A DNA stretch of 60,074 nt, from contig CAJWDI010000001.1 of NCBI GenBank assembly GCA_913031185.1, forward strand, positions 1 to 60,074. Direction: 5' to 3'. A program made the position numbers and the translations under genes. The stretch comes from an uncultured Flavobacteriaceae bacterium (GTDB taxonomy: Bacteria > Bacteroidota > Bacteroidia > Flavobacteriales > Flavobacteriaceae). Of this stretch, positions 31,633 to 40,455 are shown piece after piece. Within the stretch, counting starts at the first letter, position 1. Every line of letters starts with the position of its first letter. The notes under the pieces were generated by a model. It was not told the origin of the DNA. It saw only the letters and a program-made list of their open reading frames with translations, and did not search any database.

Positions 31633-33021
31633 ATGCAGCATCAAGACACCATAATTGCTTTGGCTACACCATCAGGTGCTGGTGCTATTGCAGTTATCAG
31701 AGTGTCTGGATCTGAGGCCATTGAAATTTCAGAGGGCTTGTTTAAATCCATTCATAACAAAAAACTAGCTGCGCAGCCTACACACAGTATCCATTTGGGA
31801 CATATTGTTGATGGTAGTAGAGTTTTAGACGAAGTTTTAATCAGTTTATTTAAAAACCCACAATCTTACACTGGTGAGGATGTAGTTGAAATCTCTTGCC
31901 ACGGCAGCCATTACATTCAAAACGAAATTTTACAACTGTTCATTCGCAAGGGATGTCGTGCTGCGGAACCTGGAGAGTTTACTTTACGGGCTTTTTTGCA
32001 GGGAAAAATGGATTTAAGTCAAGCGGAAGCCGTGGCTGATCTCATTGCCAGTGACAGTGCTGCGGCCCATCAAATTGCACTGCAGCAAATGCGCGGTGGT
32101 TTTAGTTCAGAAATTAAAGCTTTGCGGGCCGAACTGCTCAATTTTGCATCACTTATTGAGTTAGAATTGGATTTCTCTGAAGAAGATGTGGCCTTTGCAG
32201 ATCGTCAACAATTTGAAGCCCTTTTAAAGCGCATTACGGAAGTTCTGAAATACCTTATGGATTCTTTTTCAACGGGAAATGTCATAAAAAATGGGGTACC
32301 AATATCCATTGTTGGGGCTCCTAACGTTGGAAAATCTACACTTTTAAATGCCTTATTAAATGAAGACAAGGCCATTGTAAGTAATATTGCAGGCACCACC
32401 CGCGATGCCATTGAGGACGAATTGATCATTGAAGGGGTTAAATTCCGCTTTATTGATACGGCAGGCATTCGCCAAACGGATGATACCATTGAATCTATTG
32501 GTATTGAAAAAACTTTTGAGAAAATGGCCCAATCTCAAGTTATTTTACAATTATTAGATGCTTCCAGTATCTCAAAGACAAATAGCGCTAAGCTTTTAAA
32601 AACTGTGCAACTAACCAAAGACAAGCATCCAGATACCGAATGTTTGTTGATTTTAAATAAAATGGATCTCACCAATGCGGATGAGGTAAAAGCAATATTT
32701 TCAAATTTTCAGCCTATACCACTTAGTGCCAAAACAGGGGCCGGCGTGGAGGTACTCAAATCCAAGCTTCTAAGTTTAGTCCAAACTGGAAAACTGCGCA
32801 ATAACGATACTATCATTACCAATGCCCGTCATTACGACGCTTTAGGTGAAGCCTTAAAAAGCATTCAAAACGTTCAATCGGGGCTTGATGGCGGTCTTTC
32901 AGGCGATCTTATGGCCATTGACATCCGTGAGGCTTTGCATCATTTTGGCCGCATTACAGGCGAAATTTCTACAGACGATTTATTGGGTAATATCTTTGCT
33001 AATTTCTGTATCGGTAAGTGA
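31633..33021 (+). CDS. mnmE: tRNA modification GTPase MnmE (TrmE)
   Basis: DTIIALAT, SYTGED, GAPNVGKS, GTTRD, DTAGIR, NKMD, FCIGK C-terminus. Confidence 0.98.
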   Translation: MQHQDTIIALATPSGAGAIAVIRVSGSEAIEISEGLFKSIHNKKLAAQPTHSIHLGHIVDGSRVLDEVLISLFKNPQSYTGEDVVEISCHGSHYIQNEILQLFIRKGCRAAEPGEFTLRAFLQGKMDLSQAEAVADLIASDSAAAHQIALQQMRGGFSSEIKALRAELLNFASLIELELDFSEEDVAFADRQQFEALLKRITEVLKYLMDSFSTGNVIKNGVPISIVGAPNVGKSTLLNALLNEDKAIVSNIAGTTRDAIEDELIIEGVKFRFIDTAGIRQTDDTIESIGIEKTFEKMAQSQVILQLLDASSISKTNSAKLLKTVQLTKDKHPDTECLLILNKMDLTNADEVKAIFSNFQPIPLSAKTGAGVEVLKSKLLSLVQTGKLRNNDTIITNARHYDALGEALKSIQNVQSGLDGGLSGDLMAIDIREALHHFGRITGEISTDDLLGNIFANFCIGK

Positions 33022-33079
33022 TCTCGTAGCTTTCACATTCAAAAGCAAAAAGTTAAATTATTTTTTGTAATTTTAGATT

Positions 33080-34021
33080 GTGAAACAAAAGTATAATTAC
33101 TCCCTGTTTTTGATTTTGGTATTGTTTTTGGGCCGTGCCCAAAGCCTTAAAGTTGAACACAGAATAAATAAAGATAATTCAGTCGAATTTTTTTATGAAA
33201 AAACAGAATTCAATACCCATACCATAATCTTAAATTTTGGTTACTTAAACAATACCTCTGCCTCGGACAAGGTGATCAAGCGGGTTTCCAATAAAACAGG
33301 AAAACTACTTAAAATACGCCCTATAGATTCTCAACAACAAATAGGTTTTAATTATTCTGTTCGTTATTATAATTTCGCTGTCAATCCAAAAATTGACAAC
33401 GATTTTATCTACATACTGCCTTTTGAAAAAGGTCAGAAAATGCAAGTTGAGCCCCTTGTTAATCTAGGAGTGATCTCTTCAAATAGGCAATTCATGGCCA
33501 AAAACTTTAAAGCTGTTTCATTTACAAGTTCCAATGCCGTAGATATATATCCTGCTCGAAAAGGAGTGGTGATAGAAATTACTAACTCTTATACGCCAGA
33601 TTTGTCAAAGAATTTTGTTTATCACAATAAAATGAATTACATCACAATAGAACATAATGACGGTTCTCTTGCAAGGTATTCCGGTTTCGATAAAAATTCA
33701 ATGAAAGTAAGCCTGGGACAATCTGTGTATCCAACGATAACAAATATGGGAACCACAGCTATTTACGATAAAAGCATGCTACACAGAATTAATTTCTACG
33801 TTTGTTATGTAAATACCAAAGACGGAATAAAGTTAATGGATTTGAACAATTATAAGTTGTTGGAAATGGTATTTATTGATCCAGTTTTCTTTCACAAGAA
33901 CAATAATTCAGCATTGGATTTTAATGCATTGTATGAATCGGATTTTAACGAAGCTACTCTATTTCAGAATTTCAATAAAAGACAAATTAGAAATTACAAA
34001 AAAGGCAAGCTAATAAACTAA
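33080..34021 (+). CDS. Secreted hypothetical protein with a degenerate M23/LytM-like domain
   Basis: Signal peptide ending RA-Q. PARKGVV...NYITIEHNDGSLARYSGF...VSLGQSV resembles an M23 scaffold without the HxxxD/HxH zinc ligands. Confidence 0.6.
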   Translation: MKQKYNYSLFLILVLFLGRAQSLKVEHRINKDNSVEFFYEKTEFNTHTIILNFGYLNNTSASDKVIKRVSNKTGKLLKIRPIDSQQQIGFNYSVRYYNFAVNPKIDNDFIYILPFEKGQKMQVEPLVNLGVISSNRQFMAKNFKAVSFTSSNAVDIYPARKGVVIEITNSYTPDLSKNFVYHNKMNYITIEHNDGSLARYSGFDKNSMKVSLGQSVYPTITNMGTTAIYDKSMLHRINFYVCYVNTKDGIKLMDLNNYKLLEMVFIDPVFFHKNNNSALDFNALYESDFNEATLFQNFNKRQIRNYKKGKLIN

Positions 34022-34168
34022 TTGACTTATCTTGTTTTCAATATTCTGCTTATATTTTATTCAAATTCATAATTTGAATTTAATTCATTTTATTGCAATT
34101 AATTTCATTTTCGTGTAATATTTTACATTTTTATGCAATAAAATTCATTAAAATATGACTTATTTTTT

Positions 34169-34231
34169 CCCGCTTATGTCATAAATATTCCCGCTTATTA
34201 CATCACAACGCCCGTTAATTACATAACAACG
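34169..34231 (+). promoter_or_regulatory. Three 21-bp-period direct repeats, LytTR-type binding-site architecture
   Basis: CCCGCTTAT (34169), CCCGCTTAT (34190), CCCGTTAAT (34211): 9-bp core plus 12-bp spacer. Units 2 and 3 are 18/21 identical. Confidence 0.65.
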
Positions 34232-34314
34232 TAATTTTAAATTAATTTCTTTTGTTTGTTTTAATTTTACAGTGTTAAATTCAACAACCCCATCACAACA
34301 AAACCTAATTATTT

Positions 34315-35892
34315 ATGAAAAAAATTATCTTTTTATTGTCCTTGATGACAATTTCCTTATCCAACGCTCAGGACTTAACAGTTGCTAGCGGTGCCTTGCT
34401 AACCATCGCCAATGAAGGGGGGGTCTATGTAACTGGTGATTTCGAAAATTCTGGGACCACCAACTTCACTTCCAAAAGTGATGCATTTGGTGCTCTTATT
34501 ATTAGAGGCAATATTACTGCAGGAAATGACTTCACCTATAACCGTTATGTCAATATTGTTGGATCTGGAGAGTGGGATTTAATTGGAAGTCCTTTAGAAA
34601 ATGCATCTATCAATACCTTTGTAACTGATAATGCAGCAGCTATTGCAACTGCTAACGATGGAACCGACACACACTATGCCTTGGGAACCTATGATCACGT
34701 CAATGATATTTGGACAAATTACACCTCTGCGACGGTTGCATCCGCAGGAAATTTTGACCTTGGAATGGGGTACCAGATGGCGACATTAAGCGGCGCTACT
34801 TTGGCGTTTAATGGCTCTATGTCTTTAACGTATGTGACCCAATCGATCATTAACGAGCGTGGCGATCCTGTTACCAGCCCAAGAGGGCGGTGGAATTTAA
34901 TTGCGAATCCTTATCCATCTTATCTTAATGCAAATTTGAATGCGGACCCTGTCAATAATTTTTTGAAAGTTAACCTGGACTCTGGAGTTATAGATGCTAC
35001 GTATAGCGCTATTTATGGCTGGAAAGCCGATGGTACTGGATATGAACTTTACAATTATACCAGCGATGCAACTTACATTGCACCAGGACAAGCGTTCTGG
35101 GTTGCCGCGGCCAGTAGCACTGCTGCAGATGTTAGTTTTACAGAAGCAATGCAAACCTTAAATGGAGGAGACGATTTTGTTCTGGCTCGTGGTAACAATA
35201 CGAGTACCGAATTTTTCTTAAAACTATATGAGGGTCAAAATTTTATAGCGGACAGCAGATTCTATTTTAAAAATGGTTTAAGCCAAGGCTTAGACCCTGG
35301 CTATGATGCAGGTGCATTCAATCAATCTATGGAGCTTATGTCTAGTTTACCAACTGATGATCAGGGTATAGGGATGAGCATCAACGCTGTATCTTCAGAT
35401 ATTTTTAATACAACTGACGGAATTCCTTTGATTGTCAATCGTACAGCTAATATTCCCTTTAGATTAAGTTTGGAAGACAGCAATCTAGATTCAGACGTCG
35501 ATGTGTATTTATATGACAAACAACAAGGTACCTACACGGACTTATCATTTCAAGACTTTACATTAACTCCCACAAGTAATTTAAGTGGTAAGGGGCGTTT
35601 TTACGTGGTATTTTCCCCCACATCATTGGGAGTTAATGACTTGGACAATAATTTAGACATCAGTATCTACAAAGCTTTTGATCAAAATCAAATTAATATT
35701 GAAGGTTTGGCAAATGTTAGAATTGCAAATGTTCAATTATACAACATCATTGGTCAAGAGGTTTTAAATAAGCGTTTATCAGCTAACAAATTTAAGCACA
35801 GTGTATCAACAATAGGGTTGAAAACAGGGATCTATATTTTAAAGCTTGAGGCTGATACTTCAATTATAACAAAAAAATTAATTATCAATTAA
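34315..35892 (+). CDS. T9SS type A sorting domain-containing secreted protein
   Basis: Signal peptide ending SNA-Q, conserved flavobacterial blocks WDLIGSP, WNLIANPYPSYL, IAPGQAF and GLDPGYDAG, and CTD (LYNIIGQEV...LKTGIYILKL...TKKLIIN). Confidence 0.88.
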   Translation: MKKIIFLLSLMTISLSNAQDLTVASGALLTIANEGGVYVTGDFENSGTTNFTSKSDAFGALIIRGNITAGNDFTYNRYVNIVGSGEWDLIGSPLENASINTFVTDNAAAIATANDGTDTHYALGTYDHVNDIWTNYTSATVASAGNFDLGMGYQMATLSGATLAFNGSMSLTYVTQSIINERGDPVTSPRGRWNLIANPYPSYLNANLNADPVNNFLKVNLDSGVIDATYSAIYGWKADGTGYELYNYTSDATYIAPGQAFWVAAASSTAADVSFTEAMQTLNGGDDFVLARGNNTSTEFFLKLYEGQNFIADSRFYFKNGLSQGLDPGYDAGAFNQSMELMSSLPTDDQGIGMSINAVSSDIFNTTDGIPLIVNRTANIPFRLSLEDSNLDSDVDVYLYDKQQGTYTDLSFQDFTLTPTSNLSGKGRFYVVFSPTSLGVNDLDNNLDISIYKAFDQNQINIEGLANVRIANVQLYNIIGQEVLNKRLSANKFKHSVSTIGLKTGIYILKLEADTSIITKKLIIN

Positions 35893-35904
35893 ATTAATTA
35901 GATA

Positions 35905-36060
35905 GTGGATAAACAAAACGAAAATATCACAAGAGAACAAGCTTTAAAAAAATTAGGCCGATATGCTGGCTTGACCGCGTTGGGAACCTTTATGATATTA
36001 AGCCCTAAAAAGGCACAAGCACAGTCCAATCCTCCACCCCCTGGAGGTTTTGGATTCTAA
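35905..36060 (+). CDS. Unannotated 51-aa small protein: Tat-like leader plus Pro/Gly-rich C-terminal peptide
   Basis: GTG start 12 nt after the T9SS gene stop. Translation is MDKQNENITREQALKKLGRYAGLTALGTFMILSPKKAQAQSNPPPPGGFGF*. The stop is immediately followed by a terminator. Confidence 0.8.
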   Translation: MDKQNENITREQALKKLGRYAGLTALGTFMILSPKKAQAQSNPPPPGGFGF

Positions 36061-36061
36061 T

Positions 36062-36094
36062 AAAAAAAGTCTACCGATTGGTAGACTTTTTTTT
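36062..36094 (+). terminator. Intrinsic (potentially bidirectional) terminator
   Basis: AAAAAAAGTCTACC-GATT-GGTAGACTTTTTTTT. Confidence 0.9.
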
Positions 36095-36239
36095 GTTCAA
36101 AGATTAGATTTTACGAATATAAAACTTAAAGTATTTTTCTGGTTATGGTTATTCATCGGCTAAGTATTTACAAATAATCATTTGTGGCTTAAAAATTAAT
36201 TTTATTTTATTAAATTTATTACTATAAATCAACCAATTT

Positions 36240-37922
36240 ATGAAAACAATATGTTCAATTAAATTTAAAAATATTTTAGTATCAATTTCTTTCTTTTTAC
36301 TGCTTTTAAATTGTGGTGGCAGTGATGACACTTCACCCCCCGCTGCTTCTATAAGTGTCAGTAATAATACCATGGTATTTGAAGAAGTGGCCGAATTGAA
36401 TCACTCAGAATCTCAAATTTTAAATATTCAAGTTGATAATTTAGCTGCTGCTGTTCAAATTGAAGCCTCTCCAAATTTTGAAATTTCTTTGGATGACACC
36501 AATTTTACAAGTGAGTTGAACATATCAAATTTTGAGTCTTTGGATTTGTTTGTGAGATTTTCTCCTCAAATTGCTGCTTTGGGTGCAATATCTGGAACTT
36601 TGACAATTCAAAGCACAGAAACTACAGATTTAGTGGTTGCACTAAGTGGGATTGGTTTTAGCACTGCTCCCTCCATGACCACAAGTCCTTCCAGTTTGAT
36701 TTTTCAGGACGATGTAGTAGTCGGATCTACATCAATTTCTGAACAAATTATTGTAACAGGACAAAATTTGACAGATGTTATAGACATCACTATCACTGGC
36801 CCTTTTAAAATATCCTTGGATGCTTTAGTTTATACCAGCAGTTTAGAAATTCCTTCAGCGTCTGCCAACGGAAATACTACGATACATATTCAATTTACCC
36901 CTCAAGAGATTGGCAATAGTTCAGGGGTCATCACTTTACAAAGTAATGATGCTACAAATTTAGAGGTTGCAATTTTAGGAACTGGAACACCTATGGTACA
37001 TAGTTACACAACTTTTAACCAACAAGCCTTAGGTTTTGGCGGGGTCTTTAACCAGTCAAATACCCAAGTCTTTGCCTTACATCAAGACATTAGCAACATA
37101 GCGCAAATTAAAATGTTTCTTCAAATTGATTGCCCTACAACAGGCTGTGACGACTGGGATCGATTTGCTAACATTAAGGTGAAAGATGATGCATCAGACA
37201 GTTGGTTTGAAATTGGACGCTATATAACCCCTTATTGGGTGGGGACCCAACAATTAGATCGTGGTTTGGAATTCGATGTAACCGATTTTAAAGCCTTGCT
37301 TAGTGGCCCTACAGAATTACGTATTTACATCGAAAACTGGACTGCTAAAGCCGATTTAATCACACTTGAATTTGACTATATTGAAGGCACACCTGATTAC
37401 CCTTATTATGCAGTATCGGAAGTGTTAGGATTTCATGCAAATTCCATTGACGGCGTACCCTATGGCGTTAACCACAGCGAAGATTTAGACAAAACCATTC
37501 AAATTCCAAACAATGCTGAAAGTGCACATTTAAGAACCCTTATTTCTGGATGGGGCCATGCCACACCAACAGATGCAAATGGAAGACCTTGCGCCGAATG
37601 GTGCTATAGAACGCATGCTATTAAGATCAATGGCGCAGACACATTTCAACACTATATGGGTCCCATTGGCTGTGCTTCTAATCCTGTTAGCAACCAATCT
37701 CCTGGTAATTGGACGCCTGATCGCGCAGGATGGTGTCCTGGAATGGTAGTACCAGTACGTTCTAATAATTTAGGTACAAGCTTCAACGGTACAAGTTTCA
37801 CATTTGAGTACGATTTTGAGGACTGGACAAGTGATGGTCAAGGTGGGAATGCATATTATGCAACCTCTGCATATGTTGTGGTAAAAAGCAATACTGAAAT
37901 TTCCAGCCCTATCGTAAATTAA
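36240..37922 (+). CDS. Peptide-N-glycosidase F (PNGase F) family lipoprotein with two N-terminal Ig-like repeats
   Basis: Lipobox LLNC-GGSDD. C-terminal CDDWDR, EIGRYITPYWVG, DVTDFK, ISGWGH, CAEWC and PGNWTPDRAGWCPG match Elizabethkingia PNGase F motifs. Confidence 0.9.
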   Translation: MKTICSIKFKNILVSISFFLLLLNCGGSDDTSPPAASISVSNNTMVFEEVAELNHSESQILNIQVDNLAAAVQIEASPNFEISLDDTNFTSELNISNFESLDLFVRFSPQIAALGAISGTLTIQSTETTDLVVALSGIGFSTAPSMTTSPSSLIFQDDVVVGSTSISEQIIVTGQNLTDVIDITITGPFKISLDALVYTSSLEIPSASANGNTTIHIQFTPQEIGNSSGVITLQSNDATNLEVAILGTGTPMVHSYTTFNQQALGFGGVFNQSNTQVFALHQDISNIAQIKMFLQIDCPTTGCDDWDRFANIKVKDDASDSWFEIGRYITPYWVGTQQLDRGLEFDVTDFKALLSGPTELRIYIENWTAKADLITLEFDYIEGTPDYPYYAVSEVLGFHANSIDGVPYGVNHSEDLDKTIQIPNNAESAHLRTLISGWGHATPTDANGRPCAEWCYRTHAIKINGADTFQHYMGPIGCASNPVSNQSPGNWTPDRAGWCPGMVVPVRSNNLGTSFNGTSFTFEYDFEDWTSDGQGGNAYYATSAYVVVKSNTEISSPIVN

Positions 37923-38573
37923 TTATTGTTTGAGTACAATTAATCGGGCTTTATAGCCAGTAGTCAAGAGCCACTGCCCGGAATTTATAATACTGCCACT
38001 TTCGTCAATGACTTTTAGTTCGGCGGTGTTTGGACTTGAAGTCCCCTCATTTAATGCGAAGAACTCCACTGTGTTTAGCCCTTCTTTTAATTTAATATCA
38101 ATGGCATAACCTGAGTTTCTAAGCGTTATATTGGGGTGAATCGTAGCTTTATTAAGCACTAATTTAATGCGATCGCCGTCTTCATATTCATGATCGCGGC
38201 AAACAATTCTAATGTATTTTGATTTTGTTTTAATATCTCCCAAATAATAGTCTTTGTTATACTTTGAGACATCTTTCTTATTTTCGTTAAATTTTTGTTT
38301 GATATCCCAACTAGGATCCACGACATCGCGTTCTGTAGTAATACCGCTTTCTTTTTTTGAAAAACCATCAATAGGAGGGATGCCCATGGTAATTTGAAAA
38401 TCTTTATTGGTTAAACCTCGAATCGGGGATAATTGGAATAGTGATGGCGAATTTTCGTCTTTTCTGGCCAATTCTTTGGCTTTGATTCGCAGCGATTCAT
38501 TAATAGTTTCAGCTTGAGAGTGTCCCCAATTTAAAGCTGAAAATAACCCCATAAAAACGAACAATCGCTGCAT
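37923..38573 (-). CDS. Secreted hypothetical protein (flavobacterial family)
   Basis: Signal peptide ending HS-Q, CRDHEYEDGDRI and ALNEGTSSPNTA motifs. ATG 38573 preferred. Confidence 0.7.
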   Translation of the reverse strand: MQRLFVFMGLFSALNWGHSQAETINESLRIKAKELARKDENSPSLFQLSPIRGLTNKDFQITMGIPPIDGFSKKESGITTERDVVDPSWDIKQKFNENKKDVSKYNKDYYLGDIKTKSKYIRIVCRDHEYEDGDRIKLVLNKATIHPNITLRNSGYAIDIKLKEGLNTVEFFALNEGTSSPNTAELKVIDESGSIINSGQWLLTTGYKARLIVLKQ

Positions 38574-38760
38574 CAGTTTGGACTTGAATGTTGCTGTAAA
38601 GATATGAACTTGAAACAAAAAACATACCAAGGTTTTTAATTCTTGTATAAATCTATAACTTGTTCAAAATTTATATCTTTATTTTTTTTTGATAAAATTT
38701 TGACGTTATCTATTGTTTAAATTGATTGATAAAACTTTTCTAATTACCATTTTCCAATAA

Positions 38761-40455
38761 ATGATTGAAACTCATAAAAAAATCATTCAAGATTTAAGAC
38801 AAATTACGGGAAACAAATACCTATTGACCAAACAGTGGAACAAACAAACTTATTCTAAGGGTTGGCGCTATGGTTCCGGTGAAGCTTTAGCCGTTGCTAG
38901 TCCTGGATCCTTGTTGGAAATATGGAAACTTCTGGAAATCTGTGTTTTGAATGATATCATTGTTTTGATGCAAGCTGCCAACACCGGATTAACGGGTGGT
39001 TCAACGCCCTATGGAAATGATTATGACCGCCCCATTGTTATCATCAACACCATACGCATCAAAGACATTCATTTAATTGATCATGGAAAGCAAATAATTG
39101 GTCTTGCAGGAAGTACTTTATTTGATTTAGAGAAAAAACTCCTGCCATTAGGTCGTGAACCGCATTCCGTCATTGGTTCCACTTCCATTGGGGCTTCAAT
39201 TATTGGCGGGATATGTAACAACTCTGGCGGGTCTTTGGTGCAAAGAGGCCCAGCTTATACAGAGATGGCGTTGTACGCCAAAGTCAATGCAAATGGTCAT
39301 TTAGAATTGATCAACGATTTAGGCATACACTTGGGGAAGACTCCAGAAGAAATATTAGAGAATTTACAGCTCAAAAATTACAAGGCTTCTGATGTTATCA
39401 ATACAAAAAAGCGGGCTTCAGATGACGGCTATATTGATATTGTGAGAAACATTAATTCAAATACCCCGTCAAGATTTAATTCTGACCCCAGACTCTTATA
39501 TGGTGCTTCTGGCTCTGCAGGAAAAATTGCGGTCTTTGCCGTTCGACTGGATAGCTATAAAAAGCCGAGAGAAAATAAGATTTTTTATCTAGGTTCTAAC
39601 GATGCCGACGTGTTTTGGCAAATAAGACGTGACATTCTTTCAAGTTTTAAAACATTGCCAACCTCAGGCGATTATTTACATAGAGATTGTTATGATGCTG
39701 CAAAAAAGTATAGCAAGGATACTTTTATTGTATTGGATAAATTAGGGACAAATTTTCTTCCAACCCTTTTTGAATTGAAACGAAGTGTTGATCTCCTTTC
39801 AAAAAAAATACCAATACTTCCATCAAATTTGTCAGATAAAATAATGCAATTTTTAGGAAAGCTTTTCCTCAATCACTTACCAAAAAAAATGGAAAACTTC
39901 AGGGATTTATACGAACACCATTGGATTGTAGAGATGTCTGACGCAGGTATTGAAGAGGCGCGAAATTATTTTACTGATTTCTTTAATGAAAATGAAGGCG
40001 ATTTTTTCGAATGTTCAGAGCGAGAAGGACAAAAGGCCATTTTACACAGGTTCACTGCTGCCAGTGCCTTTGGAAGGTATGCGGTTCTAAACGCTTCTAA
40101 AATTGGTGGTACCATGTCCATGGACATTGCATTTCCTAGAAATGAAAAAAAATGGTTTGAAACCTTACCAAAGGAAATCGATGATATGTTCGAGATGAAA
40201 TTGTATTACGGGCATTTGTTTTGTCATGTTTTACATCAAAATTACATTGTAAAGAAAGGGGTCGATACCAAACACTTGAAAAAAGAATTACTTAAATATT
40301 ATGATTCCCGCGGCGCAGAATACCCTGCAGAACACAATGTTGGTCACGAATATAAAGCCAAATCGACGTTATTAGCGTTCTACAAAGCATTAGATCCTAC
40401 CAACAGTTTTAATCCGGGTATAGGCCAAAGCAGTAAACTTAAACATTGGAAGTGA
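38761..40455 (+). CDS. dld: Quinone-dependent FAD D-lactate dehydrogenase (E. coli Dld type)
   Basis: QAANTGLTGGSTP, REPHSVIGS, NNSGGSLVQRGPAYTE, YYGHLFCHVLHQ, YPAEHNVGH, DPTNSFNPGIG. Confidence 0.93.
   Translation: MIETHKKIIQDLRQITGNKYLLTKQWNKQTYSKGWRYGSGEALAVASPGSLLEIWKLLEICVLNDIIVLMQAANTGLTGGSTPYGNDYDRPIVIINTIRIKDIHLIDHGKQIIGLAGSTLFDLEKKLLPLGREPHSVIGSTSIGASIIGGICNNSGGSLVQRGPAYTEMALYAKVNANGHLELINDLGIHLGKTPEEILENLQLKNYKASDVINTKKRASDDGYIDIVRNINSNTPSRFNSDPRLLYGASGSAGKIAVFAVRLDSYKKPRENKIFYLGSNDADVFWQIRRDILSSFKTLPTSGDYLHRDCYDAAKKYSKDTFIVLDKLGTNFLPTLFELKRSVDLLSKKIPILPSNLSDKIMQFLGKLFLNHLPKKMENFRDLYEHHWIVEMSDAGIEEARNYFTDFFNENEGDFFECSEREGQKAILHRFTAASAFGRYAVLNASKIGGTMSMDIAFPRNEKKWFETLPKEIDDMFEMKLYYGHLFCHVLHQNYIVKKGVDTKHLKKELLKYYDSRGAEYPAEHNVGHEYKAKSTLLAFYKALDPTNSFNPGIGQSSKLKHWK

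Noticed and set aside
34169-34231. 21-bp repeats considered as a mini-CRISPR array or iterons
   Set aside because: The units are contiguous with no unique spacers of CRISPR length, and no cas or rep gene is nearby.
36149-36373. 74-aa minus-strand ORF
   Set aside because: Overlaps the PNGase F lipoprotein start on the opposite strand and has no recognisable features.
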